The notes below the pieces were generated by a model that saw only the letters and a list, made by a program, of their open reading frames with translations, had not been told where the DNA came from and made no database searches. 36,880 nt of DNA from Calditrichaceae bacterium (GTDB lineage: Bacteria > Calditrichota > Calditrichia > Calditrichales > JBFXGD01), in contig JBFXLE010000031.1 of assembly GCA_050173015.1 (NCBI GenBank), positions 1 through 36,880 of the forward strand. Reading direction: 5' to 3'. The translations under genes and the position numbers were made by a program. This document shows, piece by piece, positions 9,539-18,664 of the stretch; position 1 is the stretch's first letter; each line of letters starts with the position of its first letter.

Positions 9539-9763
9539 TAATATTTGAGTCAACTTCCGATAAAATAATTATCCATACCACCTTGATCTGTTCCGGTATT
9601 ATATTCACGTCAGAAGAACTGTATCAGGCATATCCGGTTTATATGTATAGTGGATTCATTCAGGAATACTTCAGCATCATTGACATGAATTTTATAATGA
9701 TAATTATCCCTGGCATTCTGTATTCTAACGCCGGTAGGTGAAACTTTTCGGGGGGAAGATGAT

Positions 9764-10423
9764 ATGAAAAAAATCAACTGGTCAAATTATCTGATTGAGT
9801 TGTTTGTCGTTATTTTTGGCGTTACTATCGCGTTCATGTTGAACAGCTGGTATGAATCCAATAAGTCGCGGGAACTTGAAAAAAAATATCTTCAGGGATT
9901 CGCGGATGATATGACCCATGATTATGCAGAACTGGATTCAATAATCAGCAGCGGAGAGACAAAAATAAGCAAAGTGAACAGGCTATTGATTATTCTGAAA
10001 CATCCACCGTTCGACAGTGATTCAGTATTGACGATATTTGCCGAAATGGCGATGTTTACTCCTTTTGATCCAAACACGACAACTTATGAATCGATAAAAA
10101 GCAGCGGGAATCTGGGGGTAATATCAGATTTTTACCTAAGAAGCGCATTGATCAGATACTATCAGACTCTGAATGAGAAAAAGTACATCGATGAAATTTT
10201 CAGTTCATATCTGAATGATTTTATCATTCCTTTTGCGCTGAAAAATATTGATTTTGTGGAAAACCGGTTTGTCAGTGAATCGGTTTTTCGGGATTATAAA
10301 TTCAGAAATCTGACAATCGGATATATCCGTCTCATTGACCAAAACACTCAATTCTATAGAAGACTGTACAAGGTCAACTCTGATGTAAAAGTATTATTAA
10401 CCAAATATCTGGAGGACATATAG
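9764..10423 (+). CDS. DUF6090-like single-pass membrane protein
   Basis: YLIELFVVIFGVTIAFMLNSW N-terminus and TYESIKSSGNL...LR...YY pattern. Confidence 0.7.
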   Translation: MKKINWSNYLIELFVVIFGVTIAFMLNSWYESNKSRELEKKYLQGFADDMTHDYAELDSIISSGETKISKVNRLLIILKHPPFDSDSVLTIFAEMAMFTPFDPNTTTYESIKSSGNLGVISDFYLRSALIRYYQTLNEKKYIDEIFSSYLNDFIIPFALKNIDFVENRFVSESVFRDYKFRNLTIGYIRLIDQNTQFYRRLYKVNSDVKVLLTKYLEDI

Positions 10424-10611
10424 AATTCTACAAAAATCTGTTTTTAAGATGTCTAAAATATAGGGATGTAGAAAAATCATCGTCCCGCATCGGTCTCGCC
10501 TATGAAACTACGGTAGTAAAAATGGAATAATTTTATTCCGCATTATCGTTCTAAAAAACGAATCCCCGAAAAACATCCTGTTTAATTAATATATAATCCG
10601 AAAGTTTCCTG

Positions 10612-12195
10612 ATGGATATGAAATCAAGATTAACCGCCCTGGAGAAAGAAAATCAGCATCTTCAAAAAGCAATGGGGAAAGTTAAAACGATGCTGGATAA
10701 CAATCAGAGTATTGCGCATATAGGAAGCTGGGAATGGGACATTCGGTCCGGAGAAGTGATCTGGACTGATGAATTGTATCGTATTCTAGGATTTAAACCG
10801 GGCGAAATAAAGCCGGATTATGATACATCGATGTCATTTATACATCCTGATGATAAGGCATTTGCTGAAAAATCAATTCAAAAAGCTATCGATGAAGGAA
10901 AAATATACCATATAGAAAATCGTGTCATTCGGAAAGACGGTTCCATCGGTTATGTGATTTCTAAGGGTACCGTATTTTTCGATAAAAAAAAGAATGCGGT
11001 TTCTATGGCAGGTACGATTCAGGATGTAACGGAGAGAAAGATGCTTGAAATCAGGATTCAAAACGCGCAAAAGCTTGAGAGTCTGGGAGTAATCGCCGGC
11101 GGGATTGCTCATGATTTTAATAATCTCCTGGCGATAATTATCGGTAATGCGGAACTCGCGCAGATGCACCAACCCACCGAATCGAAAGCACAACATTTCA
11201 TTAATACGATTGTCGCCAGCGCCCACCGCGGAGCGGATCTATGTGATCAAATGTTTGCGTACGCCGGGAAACAAAATGCCGGGAGAGGGCCAACCGATCT
11301 TAATAAAATTATATCTGAAATGGCCCACCTGCTTGATGTTTCTATCCTAAAAACCGAAATAATTTATGATCTTGAACCGAAGTTACCACCAATTGAAGCC
11401 AACATGACCCAGATTCGGCAGGTCATTTTAAATCTCATTACCAACGCGTCAGAATCCTTTGAAGATAAGAAGGGCCATATACGAATAAAAACGGGGTGTA
11501 GGTGGTTCAATGAACAATATTTTGCGAGTACATTTATTGACAATAAATTAACCGCGGGAGACTATGTTTTTCTTGAGGTAACCGATACCGGATCCGGAAT
11601 TTCCAAAGATATTCAAAACAAAATTTTCGATCCGTTTTTCTCGACCAAATTTTCAGGAAGAGGCCTGGGATTAGCGGCAGTTCTGGGAATCGTGAAGAGT
11701 CATGATGGGGCCATCAGCCTAACAAGCAATCCGGGACATGGAACGAGAATTACGATTTTATTTCGAATTTCCAAAGATGAGGAACAACAAGCCAAGGGAA
11801 AAAAATCAGGTAGAAGTATCCTGGACGGGAGTGGTACTATTTTAGTTGTTGATGATGAAAAGGATATTCAGTATGTGGCTCAAAAACATCTTGAATCCGT
11901 CGGTTATAATGTTTTGACCGCGTCTGACGGAGCGGAAGCCCTCCGGATATATAGGGACCGGAGCCGCGATATCACCCTTGTTATTTTAGATATGTATATG
12001 CCGGGGCTGGGAGGAAATGAAGTGTATCAGAAGCTCCTCAAAATAAACAGTAAGATAAAAGTCATTCTTTGCAGCGGCTATGAGGAGCAGAACACCAGGA
12101 AAAAATTCCCTGCGAACGGTTTAGCCGGATTTATCAGAAAACCGTTTTTAAGACAGGAATTGTTGTCAACGGTGGATAAGGTCATCAACCCCTAA
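10612..12195 (+). CDS. Cytoplasmic hybrid sensor kinase (PAS-HisKA-HATPase-receiver, CckA-like)
   Basis: PAS (IGSWEWD...IHPDD...GTIQDVTERK), H-box AHDFNN, NLITNA, DTGSG, FDPFFSTK, GRGLGL, receiver VVDDE/LDMYMP/KPF. Confidence 0.93.
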   Translation: MDMKSRLTALEKENQHLQKAMGKVKTMLDNNQSIAHIGSWEWDIRSGEVIWTDELYRILGFKPGEIKPDYDTSMSFIHPDDKAFAEKSIQKAIDEGKIYHIENRVIRKDGSIGYVISKGTVFFDKKKNAVSMAGTIQDVTERKMLEIRIQNAQKLESLGVIAGGIAHDFNNLLAIIIGNAELAQMHQPTESKAQHFINTIVASAHRGADLCDQMFAYAGKQNAGRGPTDLNKIISEMAHLLDVSILKTEIIYDLEPKLPPIEANMTQIRQVILNLITNASESFEDKKGHIRIKTGCRWFNEQYFASTFIDNKLTAGDYVFLEVTDTGSGISKDIQNKIFDPFFSTKFSGRGLGLAAVLGIVKSHDGAISLTSNPGHGTRITILFRISKDEEQQAKGKKSGRSILDGSGTILVVDDEKDIQYVAQKHLESVGYNVLTASDGAEALRIYRDRSRDITLVILDMYMPGLGGNEVYQKLLKINSKIKVILCSGYEEQNTRKKFPANGLAGFIRKPFLRQELLSTVDKVINP

Positions 12196-12284
12196 TATAT
12201 AATAACTAAAGAGTATTATTGAAATACGGCTGAAATTTTAACTATTAAGGTATGTCGCGAAACGAAAGAGTGAAAGGCGGCTAG

Positions 12285-12617
12285 ATGTCGTATGACAGAA
12301 CTCTCTCAGATCGTATAGATAAAATTGTAAGCGGCTGGACCGGCATTGAAATAAAAAAAATGTTCGGGGGTGTCGGTTATTTGGTCAACGGTAATATGTG
12401 TTGTGGAATACATAAGAATTATCTTGTTCTGAGAATGGACCCGGAAACATCGGAAAAGATTGCCAAAGAGCCATATTCAAAGCCGTTTGATATCACTGGT
12501 CGGCCCATGAAAGGGTGGGTAATGGTGGAATCTGATGGGTGTAATTCTCAGTCTGACCTGGAACGATATATGGACATCGCAAAAAAATTCACGGATACTT
12601 TGCCCGTCAAAAAGTAG
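12285..12617 (+). CDS. TfoX/Sxy N-terminal domain protein
   Basis: KKMFGGVGYLVNGNMCCG...PFDITGRPMKGWV. Confidence 0.85.
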   Translation: MSYDRTLSDRIDKIVSGWTGIEIKKMFGGVGYLVNGNMCCGIHKNYLVLRMDPETSEKIAKEPYSKPFDITGRPMKGWVMVESDGCNSQSDLERYMDIAKKFTDTLPVKK

Positions 12618-12683
12618 ATCTACCCACGAATCTGAATAATCTCTCCAACTCAATTTTGACATAGATATGGTTAAAAGTCAAAC

Positions 12684-12703
12684 TTTGTTAATTTTTTAAC
12701 AAA
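12684..12703. promoter_or_regulatory. Palindromic operator resembling a Rex site
   Basis: TTTGTTAA-TTTT-TTAACAAA with perfectly complementary arms; the core matches TTGTGAA-N4-TTCACAA at 12/14 positions. Confidence 0.5.
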
Positions 12704-12786
12704 TACACCTAAATTTCTTTTTTCACATGCCGAATATATTCTATGAATATTTAATCGAACAGGATTTATAAGAAAGGACAAGTTAA

Positions 12787-13374
12787 ATGGAAACCATGGA
12801 AATGGTAGATTGCACGGCAAAAGGAGTTAATTTTGTTTATGGCAAAGAGTTTGTTATCAATACCTACGGGAGAGAGACCTGGGATGAATTGTTAGCATCC
12901 ATGTCATGGGATTCGTCAAAGATTTGGCGGGAAGAGCTTCATCTTTCGGAATTGTATCCCTTTTCAGCATTTAAAGATCTTATCAGTTCTTTATGTGAAC
13001 TTAAAGGTTCAGATTCATGTGAAGAAAACGCTGAAATGTACGCGTTCATTGCGGAAAAAAGTTTAAACTCCATATACAAATTGTTTTTTAAAATCGCAAA
13101 TCCGGCGTTTGTCATTAGAAATTATCCAAAATTGTGGCAAAGGTTTTTTACGGAAGGAACGGTCGAAGTACCCGTTTCACATAACGGTTACGCGATGATT
13201 AGTTTCTGCGTTCCGGAAAATTTCCTGGACTGGCTTCCCTCTGCCTGTTATGGGTATTCAAAAAAAGCTGTAGAAATGGCAGGAGGATCCGCTGTTCGCG
13301 TCAGGGAAAATTTCAAGTCAAAGATGAAAGACGGTACGTGGAGTGTGTTTTATGAAATCTTCTGGGAAGATTAA
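12787..13374 (+). CDS. Hypothetical protein, H-NOX/V4R-like ligand-binding fold (DUF2378-like)
   Basis: AKGVNF...EFV...YGRETWDELL N-terminus; later P-x-F-x-x-x-N-YP-KLW-x-RFF-x-EG and CYGY...AVEMAG patterns. Confidence 0.5.
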   Translation: METMEMVDCTAKGVNFVYGKEFVINTYGRETWDELLASMSWDSSKIWREELHLSELYPFSAFKDLISSLCELKGSDSCEENAEMYAFIAEKSLNSIYKLFFKIANPAFVIRNYPKLWQRFFTEGTVEVPVSHNGYAMISFCVPENFLDWLPSACYGYSKKAVEMAGGSAVRVRENFKSKMKDGTWSVFYEIFWED

Positions 13375-13398
13375 TTCCAGAACATATGGTGCTCATCT

Positions 13399-13449
13399 AA
13401 CCGGTGAATAAATCCGCGAATAAATAACGGAGTTTCACCGGTTTTTTTT
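13399..13449 (+). terminator. Rho-independent terminator
   Basis: AACCGGTGAA / TTCACCGGTT outer stem with an inner TCCG/CGGA stem, followed by a T run. Confidence 0.65.
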
Positions 13450-13710
13450 GTTACTTTTGGAATGATATATTTTTCTCATCGAATGAAGTATCCCTAATAT
13501 CAGCTTGATATGATAAATTTCCGTATATTTATAATTGATTTTTACACTTTTCCTATTAATATTAGTTCAGCATGCAGACTCTCTTTGACATAACTTAAAA
13601 ATTGGATATCTGGACCATGGCTTTATTCCCGATGTCCTGTTTTTGAATAATTTTTCAACCGGACAGCAATTCAAACAAATTGATAAAATCAATCATTGTA
13701 GGGAGGAATT

Positions 13711-14034
13711 ATGTCTTATACTTTTGAAGAATTAAAAAAGAATAGTGTCGCTCAACTAAGGGAAATCGCTAAGGGAATTGAACACGAAGCGGTTAAGGGG
13801 TATACGCAGCTGAACAAGGAGCACCTGCTTGAAGCCGTTTGTAAAGCCCTTGAAATAGATATGCACGAGCATCATAAAGTTGTGGGAATTGACAAAAAGA
13901 GTATTAAATCGGAAATTAAAATGCTCAAGAAAAAAAGAGATGAATATATAGCAGCCAAAAACTACGGTGACCTGAAAATGGTGAGACGTCAGATTCATGA
14001 GCTTAAAAATAAATTAAGAAGGTTTATGGTTTAG
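13711..14034 (+). CDS. Small basic protein with Rho termination factor N-terminal-like domain and C-terminal helical hairpin
   Basis: EELKKNSVAQLREIAK...GYTQLNKEHLLEA resembles Rho_N; strong GGAGG RBS. Confidence 0.6.
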   Translation: MSYTFEELKKNSVAQLREIAKGIEHEAVKGYTQLNKEHLLEAVCKALEIDMHEHHKVVGIDKKSIKSEIKMLKKKRDEYIAAKNYGDLKMVRRQIHELKNKLRRFMV

Positions 14035-14200
14035 ATTGATTTGTTTTGCCGAATACGCGGGGAGAGTTTCGTGATAGTCATCCTGTAGGGTAGGCGAAAT
14101 CTGATTTCTTAGATTTTTTAGTTTTAAGAAGAAATTGTATCAACATGATGACTTTTCTGAAATTACAAGAGTGGTATCCGTCTTCATCGGGGAGAAAGTG

Positions 14201-14773
14201 ATGGGTCATATGGAATCTAAGGCTGCAAGAATTATTATGACAATTTTGTTTGGTACTGCGTTGTCGTCCATCCTTGGAATGATCCCCTTTGGCATGAGAA
14301 TATTGGATCCCGGGCATCCTGCCTTTCAGTTCATCTCATTCGGACTGATAGGCTCTTCAGCATTCGCTCTGTTTTTGGTAAGACAGTACAGAGACGCGAT
14401 CTTTGTAACTGTTCTGCTATTTATCCTTAACTTCTTCTTCTCAGGGCGAACCGTTCCCGGGATAATTCTTACTTATCTGCTGTTTTTTGTTGCCGTTACC
14501 GGCTCCGTTTATTTGTACAGCCGTTATTTTTATGACGTTCTGTCAGATTTACTGGTGGCCCGGCCTCTGATACTGAGCAGCATGATGGCCATCTCCTTTG
14601 TCGTCGCGACTTTTTTGCTGTTTTTGGTTTTTGGATCAGTTAATAACCAGTTTTATCCGTTAGGAAATCTTCCTATCGGATTCCTGATCGGTCTTGGTCT
14701 GGGAGTCGCCTTTGAATTTGTCGAATTGCTTGCGGGTAAAACATATCAATCTGCAGAAATCCAGGAACAATAA
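14201..14773 (+). CDS. Hypothetical integral membrane protein (about 6 TM)
   Basis: Multiple hydrophobic segments; GGGGAG upstream of ATG 14201. Confidence 0.7.
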   Translation: MGHMESKAARIIMTILFGTALSSILGMIPFGMRILDPGHPAFQFISFGLIGSSAFALFLVRQYRDAIFVTVLLFILNFFFSGRTVPGIILTYLLFFVAVTGSVYLYSRYFYDVLSDLLVARPLILSSMMAISFVVATFLLFLVFGSVNNQFYPLGNLPIGFLIGLGLGVAFEFVELLAGKTYQSAEIQEQ

Positions 14774-14856
14774 AACTTTTAAGTGACAGGATATACCGTA
14801 CAAAATAATGATGTATTGCGATGGAACAAAGATCAGAATTCAAAGAGGAAAAAATT

Positions 14857-15951
14857 GTGAGATTTAAAAAAAGCGCTGCAAATTTTATCACCCTGATTTT
14901 AATATTAGCGTTAACGAATCTTGTTTTTTCACAAGAAACACGGCCGATTCGGGATGAGATAGGTTTTTGCTGGAATGGGGATGAAATGAACGCGTTCATG
15001 GAATTCCTTGGACAGAATAATATAAATGCGGATTCAATTACCAATCAAAATCTCATCGCCGCCGTCTCGCCTCATGACGATTATCTGTACGCGGGTAACG
15101 TTTATTTTCCTTTGTTTAGTCATGTCAGGGCAAAAGAAGCGATTGTTTTCGGGGTTACACACGGGACTGTCCGGCGTGAAATAGCAGATCCGAAAAATAT
15201 TCTGATTTTGGATGATTATAAATACTGGCAGGGACCTTACGGTAAAGTTGCTGTCTCATCTCTGCGGGAAAGAATAAAAAACGGAATGAATCCGAAAGAC
15301 TATCTGGTCAGTAATAAGGCGCACTCATTAGAACACTCGATCGAAGCTCTCATCCCTTTTTTGCAGTATTTTAACAGGGAGATAAAAATAACTCCTGTTA
15401 TGGTTACAGCAATGTCATATGAAGAGATGGATAAAATCAGTGATCAGATTAGTCAAATCATAACAGAATACATAAAAGAGAATCAGTTGACACCGGGTAA
15501 GGATATTATTTTTCTTGTATCATCTGACGCAAATCATTATGGCGCGGATTTTAACAATACTCCCTATGGGGAAGACGCGGCCGCCCATAATAAAGCAACC
15601 ATGATCGATAGGCAGATAGCGCGGGATATATTTGACGGGATTATTACGAAAGAACGCGTTAATCAGATACCCGGAAAGCTTTGGGACAACCCGGAAAAAC
15701 AAAGAATCGTGCCGCTGTGGTGCGGAAGATATCCGATACCGTTTGGCTTGCTCACCGTCATAAAAATAATGGATAAAGAAGATGACAAGGTTTTAACAGG
15801 CCGTGTCATCCGATACTCTGATACCTGGAGTGAAAAAGTGCTTCCATTCAAAGAAGCGCAAATGGGGATAACCGCGCCATTTTCCGTTAACCACTGGGTA
15901 GGATTTTTATCAGCGGGATTTTATCTTCAGGAAAAAAATAAAATACGCTGA
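14857..15951 (+). CDS. AmmeMemoRadiSam system protein B / MEMO1-family protein with N-terminal signal peptide
   Basis: PHDDYLYAG, GVTH, EHSIE, SSDANHYG, WCG, Y-S-D-T and VGFLS motifs; KK-hydrophobic-VFS|Q leader; GAGG before GTG 14857. Confidence 0.8.
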   Translation: MRFKKSAANFITLILILALTNLVFSQETRPIRDEIGFCWNGDEMNAFMEFLGQNNINADSITNQNLIAAVSPHDDYLYAGNVYFPLFSHVRAKEAIVFGVTHGTVRREIADPKNILILDDYKYWQGPYGKVAVSSLRERIKNGMNPKDYLVSNKAHSLEHSIEALIPFLQYFNREIKITPVMVTAMSYEEMDKISDQISQIITEYIKENQLTPGKDIIFLVSSDANHYGADFNNTPYGEDAAAHNKATMIDRQIARDIFDGIITKERVNQIPGKLWDNPEKQRIVPLWCGRYPIPFGLLTVIKIMDKEDDKVLTGRVIRYSDTWSEKVLPFKEAQMGITAPFSVNHWVGFLSAGFYLQEKNKIR

Positions 15952-16065
15952 CCGGAACAAACTAAAAGAACCATAATGATATAAGGTTTGGAATGACCAT
16001 ACCGCGCCCGTTATGATTGCAGATTAATCAATATATAGCCGTTCTCACTTTCAAGGATAAGAAAA

Positions 16066-17373
16066 ATGTTCATCAAAAAAAGTCCGCCGCCATCGGAAGA
16101 CAAAAAAAGGGCGATAGAAAATTACAGAGAATTTGTCACATCGGGGAAAGTGGCGTTTTTTCAAAAGTACGGAATGGATCTTGTTATGGGGGACAGAGAA
16201 GGACCTTATATAAGTGACATGGATGGTAAAAAACAGCTTATCAATCTGCATTGCAACGGCGGTGTTTTTAATCTCGGACACCGGAATGCCGAACTGATTG
16301 AAGTATTAAAAAATGGTCTGGATGAGTATGATATAGGAAATCATCATCTGATGAGCAAGGCGCGGGGTGATCTGGCCTCCATGATCGCCGGTCTTATGCC
16401 GGAGGATCTTGATTATACCGTTTTCGGAGTCAGCGGGGGTGAGGCCATCGACCTGGCGTTGAAGGTGGCGCGGGCATTTACCGGCCGGCCGAAAATAATA
16501 TCCGCGCTGGGTGGGTATCATGGACACACAGGCCTGGCGCTTGCGGCAGGCGATGAAAAATACCGATCTCCGTTTGGTCCGATGCCCCCTGGATTCATTC
16601 AGATTCCGTTTGGTGATATTACGGCTTTTGAGCAGACGGCTGATAAGGAAACGGCAGCGGTGATTTTGGAAACCATACCCGCCACCCTCGGGATAGCAAT
16701 TCCGCCGGAAGGCTACTTAAAGGCGATCAGAAAAATCTGCACTGAAAAAGGGATATTGCTGATTATGGATGAAGTGCAGACCGGTCTGGGCCGAACCGGA
16801 AAACTATGGGGATTTGAACACTTTGAAATCGTTCCGGATATCGTTGTGCTTGGTAAAGGATTATCCGGTGGTGTTTATCCGATTTCGGCTACGGTCATGC
16901 GCAAACCGATTGAATCGGTGTTCCACAAAGATCCGTTCATTCATATTTCCACATTTGGAGGAGCGGAAATAGGATGTCTGGTTGCAAAAAAGGTCCTGGA
17001 AATTTCCTCGTCACCGGAATTTCTCAGGCATATTAATGATCTGGCTCTTCTATTTAGCAAAAGTGTTGCAGAGCTTCAGAAAAAATATCCGCACTTCATC
17101 AAAGGATTTCGTCAGTTGGGGCTGATGATGGGTTTGGAGCTCAGAGATGATCTGTCCGGCCCGATACTTACAAAAACAGCGTATGACAACGATTTGTTGA
17201 TGATTTACGCCAACAATGATACATCGGTTTGTCAATTTCTTCCTCCGCTCGTGCTGGAACCCGAAATGGTGGAGAGCATTACGCGCCGGCTTGATCCGGC
17301 AGTTGACGCCGCCAGAAAGCTAAGGCCGGTCTTAAAAATTAAAAAGATAATTACAGATATTTTGCCCATATAA
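16066..17373 (+). CDS. Class III PLP-dependent aminotransferase (PatA/ArgD-like)
   Basis: SGGEAIDLALK, GYHG, DEVQTGLGRTG, PDIVVLGKGLSGG (PLP Lys), HISTFGG. Confidence 0.92.
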   Translation: MFIKKSPPPSEDKKRAIENYREFVTSGKVAFFQKYGMDLVMGDREGPYISDMDGKKQLINLHCNGGVFNLGHRNAELIEVLKNGLDEYDIGNHHLMSKARGDLASMIAGLMPEDLDYTVFGVSGGEAIDLALKVARAFTGRPKIISALGGYHGHTGLALAAGDEKYRSPFGPMPPGFIQIPFGDITAFEQTADKETAAVILETIPATLGIAIPPEGYLKAIRKICTEKGILLIMDEVQTGLGRTGKLWGFEHFEIVPDIVVLGKGLSGGVYPISATVMRKPIESVFHKDPFIHISTFGGAEIGCLVAKKVLEISSSPEFLRHINDLALLFSKSVAELQKKYPHFIKGFRQLGLMMGLELRDDLSGPILTKTAYDNDLLMIYANNDTSVCQFLPPLVLEPEMVESITRRLDPAVDAARKLRPVLKIKKIITDILPI

Positions 17374-17387
17374 TTCAGGAGCGATAC

Positions 17388-18311
17388 ATGGAAGTTGACA
17401 ATCGTTTAATTGAGAATTTTGAAAAAGGCCTGGATCCGGCGGCGCCGGAAAAATCAGAGATACCTGCTGAAATTATCGGATTCGGTGAAATTTCCGCCAT
17501 CTTCAGAATCGATGACAACAAAGAAACCGCGTACAAAAGAATGCCTTTATTCCGGAATCGAAAATCAGCCGAGAAATATACGGAGCAGTATCATGAGTAT
17601 TGTCAGTTTTTGAAAGAAACAGGGATGGAACTGCCCGATGACAGTACGGTTGTCATCGATATTCCCAAACGCCCGGTTGTCATATATATCGCTCAAAAAC
17701 AGTTTGCCTCCCAAAATTTCGCGCATAAACTAATACATTCCACCGATGACAAAAAAACAAGCCTTATTTTTGAACGGATTATCAAGGCGATTAACGGAGT
17801 CTGGACATTCAATGAAGCAAACGGGGGAGAGCTTGAATTGGCAATCGATGGTCAGTTGTCCAACTGGGTCTATATCGATTCGGCAGAAGGTGAACATCTT
17901 TATTACATCGATACAAGCACGCCATTATACAAAATAAAAGGTGAAGAGCAGCTCGATCCGGAGTTGTTGCTTCAGAGCGCTCCCTCATTTTTGAAATGGA
18001 TAATAAAATTGTTATTTCTGTCAGATGTGATGAACCGCTATTATGATCCCCGGCAGGTGTATGTTGATCTTGCCGCCAATCTGTATAAGGAGCAACGGCC
18101 TGATTTAATCCCATTGGCTGTCGAACTGATCAACAAAAATCTTTTTAAAGGCATAGAACCTTTGACAATGGCTGAGATAAAGAAATATTACAAAGAAGAT
18201 AAACTGATCTGGACGCTGTTCCTCTCCTTTAGAAGAATCGACCGCTGGATAAAAACGCGCGTTCTGAAAAGACGTTATGAATTTATTTTGCCGGGTAATA
18301 TTAAACGGTAA
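17388..18311 (+). CDS. DUF6206-like protein with kinase-like motifs
   Basis: IIGFGEISAIF, AYKRMP, IDGQLSNW, YIDTSTP, DLAANLYKE, YYKEDKLIW, YEFILPG; CAGGAG RBS, 14 bp after the aminotransferase. Confidence 0.65.
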   Translation: MEVDNRLIENFEKGLDPAAPEKSEIPAEIIGFGEISAIFRIDDNKETAYKRMPLFRNRKSAEKYTEQYHEYCQFLKETGMELPDDSTVVIDIPKRPVVIYIAQKQFASQNFAHKLIHSTDDKKTSLIFERIIKAINGVWTFNEANGGELELAIDGQLSNWVYIDSAEGEHLYYIDTSTPLYKIKGEEQLDPELLLQSAPSFLKWIIKLLFLSDVMNRYYDPRQVYVDLAANLYKEQRPDLIPLAVELINKNLFKGIEPLTMAEIKKYYKEDKLIWTLFLSFRRIDRWIKTRVLKRRYEFILPGNIKR

Positions 18312-18664
18312 TACCGGTTTTATCTCCTTGGCCATAGATCTTAGCTGAAAATTGGATAGTGTGAACCATCTTACGGATCAATCCGCCGATTTTGGTTTTT
18401 TGGGAAGATAAGGTGAGATGAATCCGGGTAATCATAATTCACTAGTATTATTATTGTGTTAAAAGTACATTTTAATCATTTTTTTCGATTCGTCACTGCT
18501 TTGTGTTTCCGCAATAAGTCAAATCCGGATTCTCCAAAAAAAACAAAAGATTTCAATAGACTTTTTCAAAAAACTTGTTAAATTTGCCAAATTTTTAAAC
18601 TGAAACTAATGATGGAAAACAGAACCGGATTCTGGTTTTACGAGAATAAGATTGGAAGATAAAT

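Noticed and set aside
9520..9741. 73-aa plus-strand ORF
   Set aside because: Starts at a TTG inside the terminator loop, with no RBS and no recognisable motif
10423..10472. AATTCTACA...TGTAGAA resembling a Cas12a direct repeat
   Set aside because: Single occurrence with a loop far too long; no array or cas gene
13679..13693. FNR site
   Set aside because: TTGAT-N3-ATCAA has a 3-nt spacer; FNR requires N4
14055..14105. Glycine riboswitch (GGAGAG start)
   Set aside because: Lacks the conserved CCGAAG and CUYUCAGG elements; only a simple TTTCG/CGAAA hairpin
18360..18375. CRP-like site TGTGA-N6-TTACG
   Set aside because: Second half-site is poor and the site is far from the next gene
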